From Felis catus (lineage: Eukaryota): DNA of 64,000 bases. The notes under the pieces were generated by a model that did not search any database, was not told the origin of the DNA, and was given only the letters and a program-made list of their open reading frames with translations. A program made the position numbers and the translations under genes. The stretch lies in contig NC_058382.1 in NCBI RefSeq assembly GCF_018350175.1, forward strand, positions 57,972,001-58,036,000, given 5' to 3'. Below, piece after piece: positions 1-11,859 of the stretch; the stretch's first letter is position 1, and every line of letters begins with the position of its first letter.

Positions 1-44
1 CCCTCTCTCCCTCTCTCTCTTTCAAGAATAAATAAACATTAAAA
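1..44 (+). mobile_element. 3' end of Can-SINE (truncated by window edge)
   Basis: (CT)n followed by caagaataaataaacattaaaa, the typical SINEC tail. Confidence 0.8.
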
Positions 45-99
45 GGTTTTTTAAAAGGATTTTAATGCTTTTTATTTCACTTTTAAAGGTGACGGATCC

Positions 100-280
100 C
101 GGCTCCAACACTTCCTGTGAGGTCTTGAGCAAGTAACTCCTGTGCCCCTTAGTTTCTTCATCTGTAAAGCGTTGGTGATTGAATCAGCCTCAAAGAGGGG
201 GTCGAGTGGATTCATGCGCCTGAAGCACTCAGCCTGGTCCCTGGCAGTCGGCAAGCTCCGCCTAAGCGCTGGCTGTCATC
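100..280 (+). mobile_element. MIR SINE remnant
   Basis: MIR core-like ttgagcaagtaact...tagtttcttcatctgtaaa. Confidence 0.7.
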
Positions 281-1628
281 TTGACCTTACGATCGCGTTG
301 TCGCGGTGGGGACTTGGGGAGCACTGCGCCCCAGCCCGGCCTCACAGCTCCGAGGCAGCTGCCGTCGTGGTTTCCTCCTCCTGGGCGCCACAGGGGCGTG
401 TGTCCAGCAGGTTGAGACGGGGCCCCCACGCGGAAGGAGCGTCCCTCACCACCCCCCCACCCCCCACCCGCCCCGAGCGGATTGGGACTCTGCAAAATGC
501 GTTCAAGGCGATGCTGGAGAAGCGTTTTAGCTTGAGAAGATGTCCTGGACCTTGTGACACTCAGACCCTCCCTCGGGGTGGGTGTGGTATGGCGGCCTGG
601 AAGGGCGAGACCCTGAGGGAAGCTTCCAGAACGTGAGGGTGGGAGCATGCACAGGGAGGGGCCCGGGACGAGGGAGGAGTTGGCACCAAGGGCTCAAGGG
701 AGCTTACCTGACAGTGTCGAGTCTTTTGCCTGAAGTCTCACGTGTTCGGTGTTGAAAACTTAGCTAATAGAGACTGAAAGGACGTGATGAAAACTCTGCG
801 TGATTCCATAACCCCGAGCTTCCAGCCCACTTGTGCTGTGACTTCCCTAGCTGAGAGGTGGGGGCCAGTGGCAGGATTCGTAGGGGAGACGGGGCAAGTT
901 AGAACGTGTCAGGGCAGAGGGCCGGCCGGGACACAGTCCTCGTGGCATGGAGCGTCCTTGGACGAGGGGCCAGGTAGTGACCACTGTTCGTCTGTTGCCG
1001 GACACCCAGCTGGTTTCTGGGTTTTCACAGATGTGGGCTGCTCGCTAGCAAGCCTTCTCGAACCTCGTCTGCCCTCCCGGAAGCCTCCGCCCTGGGCCCG
1101 TCCCCGTCCCGGGCCCCCCCGCCCTCTGGTTCCCATCGAGTGGCCCCATGGACCGCCGTGGCCTTGCCCCATCGGGCAGCGGGGAGCCTGGGGACTTCCT
1201 GGCCTCCCCGCCAGCCGTGCAGTAAGTGGCCAGAGGGGCATAAGACCAGAAGGGGGCAGTTTTCTTCGGCGGCCTCCGAGTGGCTTCCCGGGACCGGCAG
1301 CTGGCGAATGGTGACAAGCCCCCGGTGCCGAGAGACCACGGGAGCCCCGCGCTGACGGTGCGCCCAGCGCCCGGGCTCCGCCGGGGTTCATTTCTCTGGG
1401 CTGTTGTTCAGGCTTTTTAGCAAGAGAATGAGGAAAGCTCCCGAACATCTCCTGCGTTCTCCACGTTCTTCCGTCGATCCTGTTCTTCAGGGTTGATTTA
1501 TTGAACACCTGCTATACGGTTGGGCGTCCCAGAGGGAATGATAAATACACCGTCCTGTTGAGTACGTGTGACGTCCCCATGCTACAGGTGTTAGTTGGCC
1601 GGCTTCATTTAAAACAAAAACAGAAAAC

Positions 1629-1838
1629 GGGCGCCTGGGAGGCTCAGTCGGTTGAGCATCTGACTTGGGCTCAGGTCACGATCTCACGGTCCGTGGGTTC
1701 GAGCCCCGCGTCGGGCTCTGTGCTGACAGCTGGGGGCCTGGAGCCTGCTTCGGATTCCGTGTCTCCCTCTCTCTCTGCCCCTCCCCTGCTCGTGCTCTGT
1801 CTCTAAAACACATAAACATTTAAAAAAAAAAAAAAAAA
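1629..1838 (+). mobile_element. Can-SINE (felid SINEC type), full length
   Basis: gggcgcctgggaggctcagtcggttgagc head, ggttcgagccc B box, (CT)n, poly-A. Confidence 0.95.
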
Positions 1839-1880
1839 GATAGGGGAAGGCGGTATTGTCTAAAAATTAAAAAAAAAAAC

Positions 1881-2110
1881 AACCTTATCTTGAGACGATT
1901 GTAGATTGACACGTAGTTGTGAGAGGTAACAGACCTTGGGTGCCCCTCCCCTAATCTCCCCCAGTGGCGGTATCTTGCATAACCGCGGTCCGATGTCACA
2001 ACCAGGATATTGACCTCGACACAATCCACCGACCTCGTTCAGATTTCGCCAGTCTTACACGCACTTGGACACGTGCCTCTGTGTGCGTGTTTGTGAGTGT
2101 CTCCGGGAGT
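1881..2110 (-). mobile_element. Old L1 (L1MC/L1MB-like) 3' UTR remnant
   Basis: tatcttgcataac...accaggatattgac...acaatccaccgacctcgttcagatttcgccagt resembles antisense L1MC 3' end as I recall it. Confidence 0.7.
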
Positions 2111-3119
2111 GTTTTGTGGCTCTGTGTCTGTGAGGCGGTCTCATCTTATGGGGAGGAAGTGAAGTCCCGGGGCCCCGGCCCTGCCCAGGACCCGTCCGCC
2201 GGGGCGCACACAGAAGACCTGGGCTCTCCGTCTGGGCCCTCTGACTCCGCGTCATGACTGGCTCTAGGAAGAAAAGTCAGGGCTGCTCGTCGCTGCCCTT
2301 CCTGGACACGGTAACCCCGTCGGTCTCTGCCGCGGCCGTGAGCCGAAAACCCAGACAGGCTAGAATCATAACACGTCGGTGCCGAGCCGCTGGCTTCTCC
2401 ATCTCCCAGAAAACCGGGGCTCCCAGAAGGGAACAGTCGCCTGACCTCACCCCGCCAGCTGGTCGGGGGCTGGTCTGAGGCCGTTTCCTCCAGCTCTGCC
2501 TGCGGCGGTAACCGCAGGGAACTTCTTCCGAGAGGTGAAAGGACAGAAGTCCCTGTTGAGCACGAGTCCCAGGCTCAGGATTCAAGTCAGTTACCAGGGA
2601 GATCGCTGGGGGACATTTGGGAAGGTTTCTGGGCAGGAGAGGACTCTGGACGCGTCCGGGGTGACCTCGGACGGTTAGCCTGCCCCCGGGTGTGTGCCAA
2701 GGGACACTGATGACTCGGGTGTTGGGATGACTTCTCCTCCTTGCTCACGTGTGTCTGGGAACAGGTTATAGGAATCCGTGCTGGGTTGTGCGCGGCAGGA
2801 CTTATCAGTGCCTTTCATGCTCCGACGTTCGCTCTGACCCTCCGGGTAGAGGACAGATCGCTATTCTGCATCATGCATTTCGGGAACTGCTTGCTAAGAC
2901 ACCCTCCGACATGAGATTCTGAGAGTTCAGGACATCCATCGCTCTGCTGGGGCCGATCGTGGGACCAGCAGCTCTCAGATAAATGTGGAGGCTTTCTCGG
3001 CACGGGAAAAACAGGAATGACATGACGAATGGCAAGTGGGATGCAGATGTGCCCACCCCCCGTGATCACAGCCATGTGCCTCTGCGTGTGCCTGTGCGGA
3101 CAAGCGGGGGAGGTCGGCC

Positions 3120-3240
3120 GCCTTAGGTTGACAGAATTCCAGGTGATTTATTATTTTTAATATAAGATTTTTCTTTCTTAAACCAACAAAGGAGGTTGGG
3201 CTCCATTCACTGGGGCAATAAAAAGCCATTGTGTGTTTGA
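3120..3240. promoter_or_regulatory. Candidate enhancer island (MEIS + PBX-HOX + SOX + HOX13 motifs)
   Basis: Unique AT-rich island: TGACAG 3129, TGATTTAT 3144, AACAAAG, CAATAAAA, CATTGT. Confidence 0.4.
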
Positions 3241-3271
3241 AGCAAGGGTTGAGGGCGACCTAACAAAAGCG

Positions 3272-3519
3272 TTTTTTTTTTTGTTTTTTTGTTTTTTTTT
3301 TTAAATTTTTTTTTCAACGTTTATTTATTTTTTTGCGACAGAGAGAGACAGAGCATGAACGGGGGAGGGGCAGAGAGAGAGGAAGACACAGAATCGGAAA
3401 CAGGCTCCAGGCTCCGAGCCATCAGCCCAGAGCCCGACGCGGGGCTCGGACTCCTGGACCGCGAGATCGTGACCTGGCTGAAGTCGGACGCTTAACTGAC
3501 TGCGCCACCCAGGCGCCCC
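3272..3519 (-). mobile_element. Can-SINE, young felid SINEC_Fc-like
   Basis: Near-consensus body, long poly-T, TSD acaaaagcg at 3263-3271 and 3520-3528. Confidence 0.95.
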
Positions 3520-3876
3520 ACAAAAGCGGTTTTAAGAGAATTTTTCTGCGTGGTGTTGGGCAGGCGAGCTGGAAGGAAGGAGACAGGCAGAGACCGCTGG
3601 GAGACGGCGGCCGGGGTCCTGGCCTGGGCAGGGGTGGTGGCCGAGAAGGGAGAGCTGCATGTGGCCTCACGGCTTCGCAGTTTCCCAAGGCCCAGAGAGG
3701 TTATGTCACTTGCCCTGAGTCACACAGCTGATGGCCTACAGACCCGGGACTTGGAGACAGTTCTCCGATTTCCGAGTCTTGGAACATTGCCACCTGGCTC
3801 ATAGCTGTCTTCATCTGCCTCGCATTTTCGCCAGCATTCAGGGTACGTACTGCTAATCTACGCTGTAGAAAACAAG

Positions 3877-3878
<2 letters not shown>

Positions 3879-3948
<70 letters not shown>
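3879..3948. repeat. Compound (GT)n(GA)n microsatellite
   Basis: Perfect dinucleotide runs. Confidence 0.98.
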
Positions 3949-3951
<3 letters not shown>

Positions 3952-4111
3952 AGAGTCAAGATGTCCGTTGCAGCATAACCCCGTGAATTTCTCCGTGACA
4001 GAGAACATTCAGCACGTCCCAAGGCCCTGTGGCACCCTGAGCGTCACGGAAAGGTGGAGGCATCGAGACTGCGCCCTGTTTTAAGGGTTAGCAGCTGCTT
4101 TCCGGTCACTT

Positions 4112-4400
4112 CTGGTCTGTAGGCCCTTGTTGGATGCTTTTGGGGCCAGAGACGCTTGGGAATTTTTCGGCTGGTGGCCAGCGTCTTTCGTGCAGAGGCT
4201 GTATTTCACCTAACACCCAGTGGGGCCTGGGCTGCACAGGGTACTTGTGCGAAACATGTGAATGGTCACACCCAGTGTGCAAAAAGCTGAGACTACAAAT
4301 AGCCCCCAGGCCAGGCAGGTTTCACCGCCAAACGAGCTCAGAAAACTCTTGGTTTCCAGAAGTTTTGGCTGTGGGGGCTCCGGGGAAGGGTTTCGGGATG
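4112..4400 (-). mobile_element. MER46C-like Tigger-derived DNA transposon remnant
   Basis: ttggggccaga...taacacccagtggggcctggg...gactacaaatagcc...ccgccaaacgag...ttggtttccaga collinear with remembered MER46C consensus. Confidence 0.55.
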
Positions 4401-4542
4401 GGTGCTGTGATTGCCTCGACGCAGTAGATGCCCTTGAATTACAGAAAGCCCGGGGTACGGGAGAATGTCGGTTTCCGTGACTGGTAGAGAAGGTCCTCTC
4501 CTGGATTTTTCCACAGTGTAGAAACGTGGGGGGCAAGGTGGT

Positions 4543-4662
4543 GGGCACCTGGGGGGCTCCGTCGGTTGAGCATCTGACTTCGGCTCACGGTCCGTGAGTT
4601 CGAGCCCCGCGTCAGGCTCTGGGCTGACAGCTCGGAGCCTGGAGCCTGCTTTAGATTCTGTG

Positions 4663-4702
<40 letters not shown>

Positions 4703-4774
4703 CCTCCCATGCTCATGCTGTCTCTCTCTCTCTCTCTCAAAAATAAATAATCACTTTAAAAAAAGTTGAAAAAA
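4543..4774 (+). mobile_element. Can-SINE with internal deletion
   Basis: SINEC head/body, long (CT)n, A-tail; agaaacgtgggg duplicated at 4520 and 4775. Confidence 0.93.
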
Positions 4775-7700
4775 AGAAACGTGGGGAAGGAGTCACATCT
4801 GATCGTAAGCCCAGGCGGCTGCCGGGGTCGGGTGACAGAGAGCCCAGAAAATGATCGGCCTGCTGTTCACAGAGCCCTGCACTGCTTGACTGCGGTGAGC
4901 GTGTTCCTTCTTAAATCTTAGAGAAGGAGAGGGTGGCCCCCAGTGTGCCCATTGTCCCCCCCGTGCCAGGGGGCGTTGGACACTCACTCGTATTCGCCCC
5001 GTTCTTCCCCGGTTGCTGGCAGCCAGGCCTGCCCGGGCCTCAAGCAGCTCCGTGAATCCGTCCAGCGGCCTGTTACCGTCCTGCACAAATGCCCCCGGTG
5101 GCCCCGGGAGGGACTCCCGGAGGCCGCGAGTCTAGACGGGATGCATCCCCGCGTTCAGAAGCTAAGTGGATCCTTATTAAGATCGGAAAAATCCGTTTTT
5201 AACCGAATTTGAAGGTCACCCTGTGCTTAGGTTTCTCCCCAGCGCGCTGAGAGGGACTGTGTGACCGCACCTCTTCCGGACCGGCCACAAGCCTTGGGGC
5301 GGGCCACACTGTTGTCAGGGGTCCCAGCACCCCAGGACGGGACCCTGCTGGCCGTCTGGTTTCCTCGGGCCAGCAGCCTGCTTCCCGAGGGATCAGGGGA
5401 GGGACTGGATGTGACCTTTCCATGGATCGGCCACCGACTGAGGAGCTGGTCCCAAGGGGCGCAGAGCCCGGTGGGAGAGCTGGACGGACGGACGGACGAT
5501 TCCAGGACGGCGGAACGAGGGCTGGGCCGGGGTCGGCGTCCGGGGTGAAGAATGTGGGAACACACGTGGGGCGGGGAGGGGCGGGCCGGGCTCTCTAGCT
5601 TCAAAACCCCACATCTGTATCCTGGTCTGGGGCCCAAAACCCCAAAGAGGTCAGCACCTCCAAGCGCAGTCCCAGAGGTTGGGTGAAGGGAGCCCCCGAC
5701 GGTCACGAGGGAGTCAGCCCGTCCTCGGCGCTAAAGTAAACGCCTCCGTACGCCGGGTCACTTGGCAATTCTCTCTCGGGATCGAGGTTCCGTGTCTCCT
5801 TGGAGCGGGCCCCTTCCCTGGGTGCTCCTGTCTCCTGGACGGACAGTGGGAACGTTCTGAGGGCCCCGACCACGGCGCGGCCGAGAGCCCGAGGCCGGGA
5901 GGGACCGGGGTGGGCGCGGACCGCACGGCCGGCCCGGGGCTGGCCCTCAGCTTTGCAGCGGGAGCCGGGCTGTCGTGAGCCGAGCAGCGGTCAGCGCGAG
6001 CGTGTTCACGTGTGGCTCGGCCACGCCTCCGGTGTGTGACGAGCGTACGAGGCAGCTTCTCAACGCAGGGTCCACGGCAAACCACCCAGCCGAGTGTGTT
6101 TTCTGTAAGGAGGCCTCAGTTCTTGCTGCCGAGGGCACCCTTGTGGTTGGAGGGGCCTCACGGGCCACGGCTGCCTGGGGCACCCGCTGTGGCCCTCGGG
6201 GTCCTCGCTGCCTGGTTGCGAGTGGAGAGGTGGCGGGGGGGAGGAGGCGGGATCAGGAGCCCCACCTGCCTGGGCCTGTGGCCTCCAGCCCTCTTTGTCC
6301 CTCCTCTCTGCTGTCACCCTTTTGGGGGAAGGGGGCCTCAGGGCCACAGAGCGCCCGGGGGAGGAGCCCTTGTGTCCCTTGATGTACAAGGGGAGGGGGC
6401 CCTGCGTCTGCCGGCTGGATGAAGGGCTGGGTGCCCAGCTGGCCAAGTGCGCACGTCTTCCAAGCGCCCGCTGGGGGCAGGCTCCCCCCCGGGACCGGGC
6501 AGGGGTGCCCGTGGCCGTGGATAGCACACGCCGGGGCCTCTGCCTGCTGGGAGCTGACCTAGCGGCCAAGGAGACGGGCAAAAGGGAAGCGAATGAGCAG
6601 AGCGTGGGCAGGTGCGCCTGACGGTGGCCGACGGGGTAGCTGGGAAGGAGGTGGCCCGGAGTCCTGCGGCCGGAGGCTTGTCCTGGGGAGAGCGCCAGCT
6701 GCTTCCCCTGTGGGGAGACCCTGGCGACTTTACAGGTGCCGTGCACCTTTTCCCCTGGTCAACCCTGGACGCCTCCGTTTGATTCTGAGGAGCACTGCAG
6801 AGACCCCTCCCTCACCTCCCGACGCCTCCCCGTCCCCCCAGCTCCTGGCTCCCCGGGCCCCCGCACCGCCTTCCTGGCCAGGCCTTCTCTGCGTTGGCAA
6901 AGTGTGAGCTGGGGCGTGGGGTGCCTTCTGTCCCCCGTGGGGCTCGCGCGGAGCAGAGCGTGAATGCCTGGCCCGTCCTCCTGACCAAGACGCGAGGGAG
7001 GGAGACGCGCCGTGAACCCCCTCCCCGAGACCCCCCGAGACTGTGTATTCTCTCCCAGGCGCGTTGGCTTAATGGCGAGGAGAGACAGGTTTGTTCGCCA
7101 AGACTCTCCTCCTCCATTTCTGCGTAAATGCGCGGTGTTTCCTTGTCCGTCAAAAAGCGTTGGGGGCGGGGACTCAGAGGTTGCGCCTCTGCCCTTTGTT
7201 TTCTCTCTGAAGTCTAAGTGTGGGAGCTCGGGATCCAAAAAGGATTCATCGGGCACGTTCTGTTCGGAGGGCATACTTCGCCCGCTTAGCCACGGGCAGC
7301 AGGGAGCGTTTGCGAGCAGGAGTGCGACGTGACCGCAGACAAAGCTGACCCCGTGTGGAGGCCAGGGGGGCATCCGGAGGCTGGTAGCAGGGAGAGCGGG
7401 GGTCAGGGGGAGACTACTGCACCAGTCCGAGCCCAGATGTGGGGGCAGCATGGATGGCCATTGCGGCGTGGGACAGGCCGGGCCCGGAGACAGACTTCCA
7501 GGCCAGAAGACGTGGCCGCCTGCTCTCTCTGACTTCGCCCTGCTCTCTTTTCTCCTAAATGAAAATAGGCAGGACTGTCACCGTGTTCTCTGCCGTTTGA
7601 GGACAGTCCCACCTGCTCCCCTGCCTGCTCCCTGACACTTTGTCACTCTCTTCCTCCCTTTCCTTCCACCTTCGGATTTACTTGGGTCTCATCTTTGTCA

Positions 7701-7959
7701 CCAGCAGCGTTTGTCCTTGTGGGCCAAGTTTATCTTTCCACGTGGGGCTCCAGGGTCCCTCGCGGCAGGGACCTCTTGGAAGACTCCTTGGGTGTCTGTT
7801 TTCACCTGGGCGCCCTCCTTGGAGCCCAGATGTGCTGCACGAGGGGCCGGGCCCGGCCCGGGGGGAGCAGGAGGCCGAGTCATGCCTCGTCCGGCCGCCC
7901 CCTGGTGACAGGCCACAGGCTCCTGGCCGCGCCCCCCTCCTGTCAGCTCTTTCTCCTCT

Positions 7960-7960
<1 letters not shown>

Positions 7961-8001
<41 letters not shown>
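7961..8001. repeat. Poly-C homopolymer (41 nt)
   Basis: Directly seen. Confidence 0.95.
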
Positions 8002-8002
<1 letters not shown>

Positions 8003-8494
8003 CTCCTGGGGCCTTGGCTCCCGGCCCCGGGCTGCCCCACAGAGGATTTCTCCCCAGAGGCTCACGCCTTGGGTCCCGTCCTTTCCTCTGGGAGCGGGTC
8101 CTCTGGGGCACCTGAGCTCACATCTGGCTTCGGGCCTCTCCCCGAGCCCCCACCTCCTCCCCAGGACCCGCTACCCCTGCCCTCTTCCGGGTACCGCGTT
8201 CAGGATGACCACTGTGGGCCTGGCCTTGACCTGCGGGCCTTCCACGCGGCCGCGCGAGGGGCGGGGAGCAGTGAGCACGGGAGGCTGGGACAGGACGAGG
8301 GACGCGTGGCCCGGGGGGTGGTGTCACCGCAAACGCCCTGCTCCCCTCCCCGGGCTGGGCCTCCCCTCGGGAAGGCGGTGGTCCGGGCGCACAGGCCTCG
8401 CAGGACCCGGAGAGCGCGGGAGGAGCGGAGGGCGGCCCTGAGGCCCATCTTGCCGGTCAGGAAACTGAGGCCCGCGAGGGGGGGTTTCTGTCGC

Positions 8495-8760
8495 GTAACA
8501 GCTTTGCTGAGACGCAGCTCACTCATCCGAGGAGCGCAGCTGAGCGGCCGCTGGCGGTTCGTGGCCCCACCTCCGCGGTCGGTTTTAGGACACCCGCGTC
8601 AGCCCGAAGGAAACCCCGTTAGCAGCCGCTCCGCACTGCCCGCCCCCAGCCTGGGAGGGACCCCCGTCCCCTCTCCGTCTCCCCGGGTCTCTCCGCTCTG
8701 CACGTCTCGCGTGGATAAAGCGACACGGTCCGGCGACACCACTTTGCACGTTAGCACAGA
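8495..8760 (-). mobile_element. Old L1 (L1MB-like) 3' end, strongly GC-shifted
   Basis: taacagctttgctgaga...ggttttaggacac...gaaaccccgttagcagccgctcc collinear with antisense L1MB 3' UTR. Confidence 0.65.
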
Positions 8761-9221
8761 GCTAACCCTGAGCGGGGCTGTCCTCTCTGGGACTCCGGTG
8801 TCCTCAGCAGCAGAACGGGGTCCCGCAGCCCCAACTCCCCTGCCACAGACGCCAGGCCTGTCCCCTTGCCCCCCGCACCAGAGAGGTCAGACCGCTGGCC
8901 CAAGGCTGCAGAGCAGGGCCAGGACTCCAGCCCGTGTTTGGCCCGCTGCTCCCCGCTCAGGCTTCGTGGCCTGGCTTCTTTCTTCCTTCGGATTCCTCCA
9001 GCCCGTTTGTGCCCACCGTCCTGACGTTCTGTGGTGGGGGGGGGAGCGGCAGCCATCACGGCCCCTGCTCACTGCCCGCCCTGCTTGGGCAGCCCGTAGT
9101 GACCTGTTGTCAGCGGTGGGGGGTCCCTGCGAGCCCTGAGGGGAGGGGGGCAGGGACTCGCCCGTGGAGGCCGCACAGCCCGGGATGGGGACCTGAACCG
9201 AGCTCCAGGTCGCCTGCACCC

Positions 9222-9720
9222 ACTAATTCGTTCATTCGGCAAGTACCTGTTGTGCCCAGTTAACGTCTGGCAACCAAGAGCCAGTGGTTCCCAGAAGCAG
9301 ACGCCGCCCCTGCCTCTCAGAGCTTCCTTTCGCGGGGAGAGAGACAGTGCGAGTCACGGAACCACACCAAGTGTAAGCTTGCGGCTGGGGTGAGGGCTCA
9401 GAAGGAGAGGAACGCGGTACCTGGAAAGTAGGGGATGGAGGCCTTTAACTTCATGGAGACATCTGGAAGGCTTCCTGGAGGAAGTGACTGCTGATCAAGG
9501 GCTGAACAACAGGGGAAGTGGACCAGGTGTTGGAGGGGGCGCAAGAGCATTCCAGGAAAAGAGCTCCCAGGGAGTGCAAAGGCCCTGAGGCAAGAGAGAG
9601 GCCCATGGTGGGGAGGGAGGCTGTGTCTATAGACGAGGCAGGCAGGGCTGGAAACACCAAGATACAAAGGGCTGGGGGGCTGGGGGCCCCACGGAAGGGT
9701 TTCAGCTGGGAGTGACATGG
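9222..9720 (-). mobile_element. L2 LINE 3' remnant
   Basis: ttcgttcattcggcaagtacc tail; ggaaggcttcctggaggaagtgac; gtgcaaaggccctgaggca. Confidence 0.75.
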
Positions 9721-9989
9721 CTGGATTCGCCGTACGAGGAGCCTTGTGATTCTGGAAGGTACAACGAACACGGAGGCAGCAGGTTTTCAGCCTGATGTGA
9801 ACCAGCAACAGGGGCCGTCCGGGGGCAGAGACACAGGGGCGACTCCCTGGGCTTGTGTGACCAGCTGGAGGCCCCAGGTGGCCTTTAGGCTGCCGAAAGC
9901 ATCTATCTGGGGGGGGGGGGGGGGAGGTGCAGAGAAAGGCTCTCCGCCTCCCCCACCCTCTGCCCGCCAGGCGACAAGGACTCCTGGCG

Positions 9990-10300
9990 CCCGCCCCGGG
10001 GCTGGTTCATTCACAATCTCCCGCTGCCTCCTCCAGGCCTCGAGGGTGGACGTGCTGGCCCCCCGCCAGCCCAGCCTGCGGGCCCAGCGCCCCCTCCCGC
10101 GACGCCCCCGCCCCGGCCTGCCCTTTCTTTATGGCAGGCCCCGCGCTAATTCCCGGCGCGGAGAGGTGGGCCCGGGGCCGCGGCCAAGAGCGGAGAGACT
10201 GTTTACTGCCTCCGGCGGCTCTCGGCTCCAGCGGTCCGGCGGGCTGGCCTCGCGGTGACATGTTTATTCTCCAGGCCTGCCGCTGGCCCCGGCTCCTGGC
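9990..10300. promoter_or_regulatory. CpG-rich candidate enhancer (FOX, posterior HOX/CDX, homeodomain motifs)
   Basis: TTTATGG 10128, CTAATT 10146, TGTTTAC 10200, TGACATGTTTAT 10256 in unique sequence. Confidence 0.4.
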
Positions 10301-11175
10301 AGGGTCCGGCGCGGGGCTCGCGGGGACGGGGACGGGCTGGCGGCTGGGGGCCGCTCACGTCCCCGAGCCGCTGTCTTCTCTTCCTCCCGTTCTCACGTTC
10401 AAGGAGGCAGAACGAGGGGCCGCCCCCCCTGCTGAGGGCACCGTCCTCCCCCTTCAGCCAGGAGCCACGCGCGGGCCTCTCCCGGGAGACCCTCTGCAGG
10501 CAGGGTGTTCAGGGCCCGGGGGTCCGGTCCGTCTGCGGCTCGCCAGGTGGGTGGGTGCCGCTGGCCAGCCTCAGTCACTCGGTCCTTCGGCAGATCCGTG
10601 CCGAGCCCCGGGCATGGGCCGGGCCCCCGATGATGGCAGCGAGCAAGACAGAGGAAGCCCCGTCCCCCGGGGCGGGCGGCCCAGCCGGGAGCGGCCAGTC
10701 GTGCCCCGGCGGGGATCCCCGAGGACCTGAGGATCGTTCCCAGGCCCCCCTTGCCGCAGAGCCGTAAAGCACCACATACAAGATTCAGCACCGGCTGGGG
10801 AGTTGGGACCCTTGACTGGCCAGAGACCTTGGGTGATTCATGCTGTCTTGCCTCAGTTTCCCCGGGGCCTCTCAGTATTCCTTCCGGATCTGGGTTCTTG
10901 AGCTCCAGGGGCGAGGGACCACGCCCCGTGGCTGGGGCCTCATCCCGCAGCGTCTCAGCAGGTGCTCCTGGGCACCGGGGAAGGACCAGCGGGCCGGTGC
11001 CCCCACGAGGCCTGCTCCCGGGCCCGGAGCTTTCTCCGAGACACCGGTCCTTAAAGGCAGCCCTTCCCTCGCCCACCGACCTCTTGCTGTCTTCTGTCCT
11101 CGCTCCTTTGGGTCTTTGCCCCACACGCCACCTGTCCCCTTTCAGATGATTCCACGGGACTCTCTGGGGTCCCCA

Positions 11176-11395
11176 GACCCCGAGTCGGCAAGCTGCCTCT
11201 TCAAAGACCAGCCGGTAAATATTTCAGGCTTTGTGGGCCGGTCTCTGGGTTTCTGCCCTATATTCTTCTTATTGATTTATTTATTTACTTGTTTATTTAA
11301 CAAATACTCCTTTAAAAATGTAACAAAGGTTCTCGGCTCAGCCGGTGGGTGGCAGACCGGCAGGGTGGGGTGGGGGCTGGCTCTGTGTGTCAGCG
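11176..11395 (+). mobile_element. MER58-like hAT-Charlie remnant
   Basis: gtcggcaa...gtaaatatttcaggctttgtgggcc...cctttaaaaatgtaa. Confidence 0.7.
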
Positions 11396-11419
11396 CACGT
11401 CCAAAGTTTGTGTCGTCCG

Positions 11420-11615
11420 GGCGCTAACCGTGGCCCGGGCGCGCTGAGCTGCCTACACCCTGGCCCCATTAACTCTGATGACAACCGTGTATGATGGGCT
11501 CTATGAGCCCATTTTACAGATGAGGAAACTTAGGCCCCAGGGGATTAGGGAACCTGCCCCAGGTGTCACAGCTGGTCAGGACAACACCAGGATTTGTCCC
11601 TAGACCACCAATGTC
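11420..11615 (-). mobile_element. MIR
   Basis: cccattttacagatgaggaaact core; tcacagctggt. Confidence 0.85.
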
Positions 11616-11657
11616 TTATCCGTTTATTATTTTTTTAATCATTATCAATGATCTCTC

Positions 11658-11859
11658 TTTTTTTTTTTTAATGTTTATTTTTGAGAGAGAGAGACAGAGC
11701 GTGAAAGGGGGAGAGGGTCAGAAAGAGAGGGAGACGCAGAATCCGAAGCAGGCTCCAGGCTCTGAGCTGCGAGCACAGAGCCCGACTCAGGGCTGGAACT
11801 CACAACCGTGAGATCACGACCTGAGCCGAAGTTGGACTGAGCCACCCCCCAGGCACCCC
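11658..11859 (-). mobile_element. Can-SINE
   Basis: Poly-T, (GA)n, cagaatccgaagcaggctccaggctctgagc, ends aggcacccc. Confidence 0.93.

Noticed and set aside
1629..1710. tRNA-like A/B boxes (also in the other SINE heads)
   Set aside because: tRNA-derived heads of Can-SINEs, not tRNA genes
4962..4977. CTCF-like gtgccagggggcgtt
   Set aside because: Partial match expected by chance in GC-rich DNA
7640..9139. 499-aa ORF with poly-Pro
   Set aside because: Poly-Pro is the C41 run; the ORF crosses an L1 remnant, has P/G/R/A-biased composition and no recognisable domain; stop codons are scarce in GC-rich DNA
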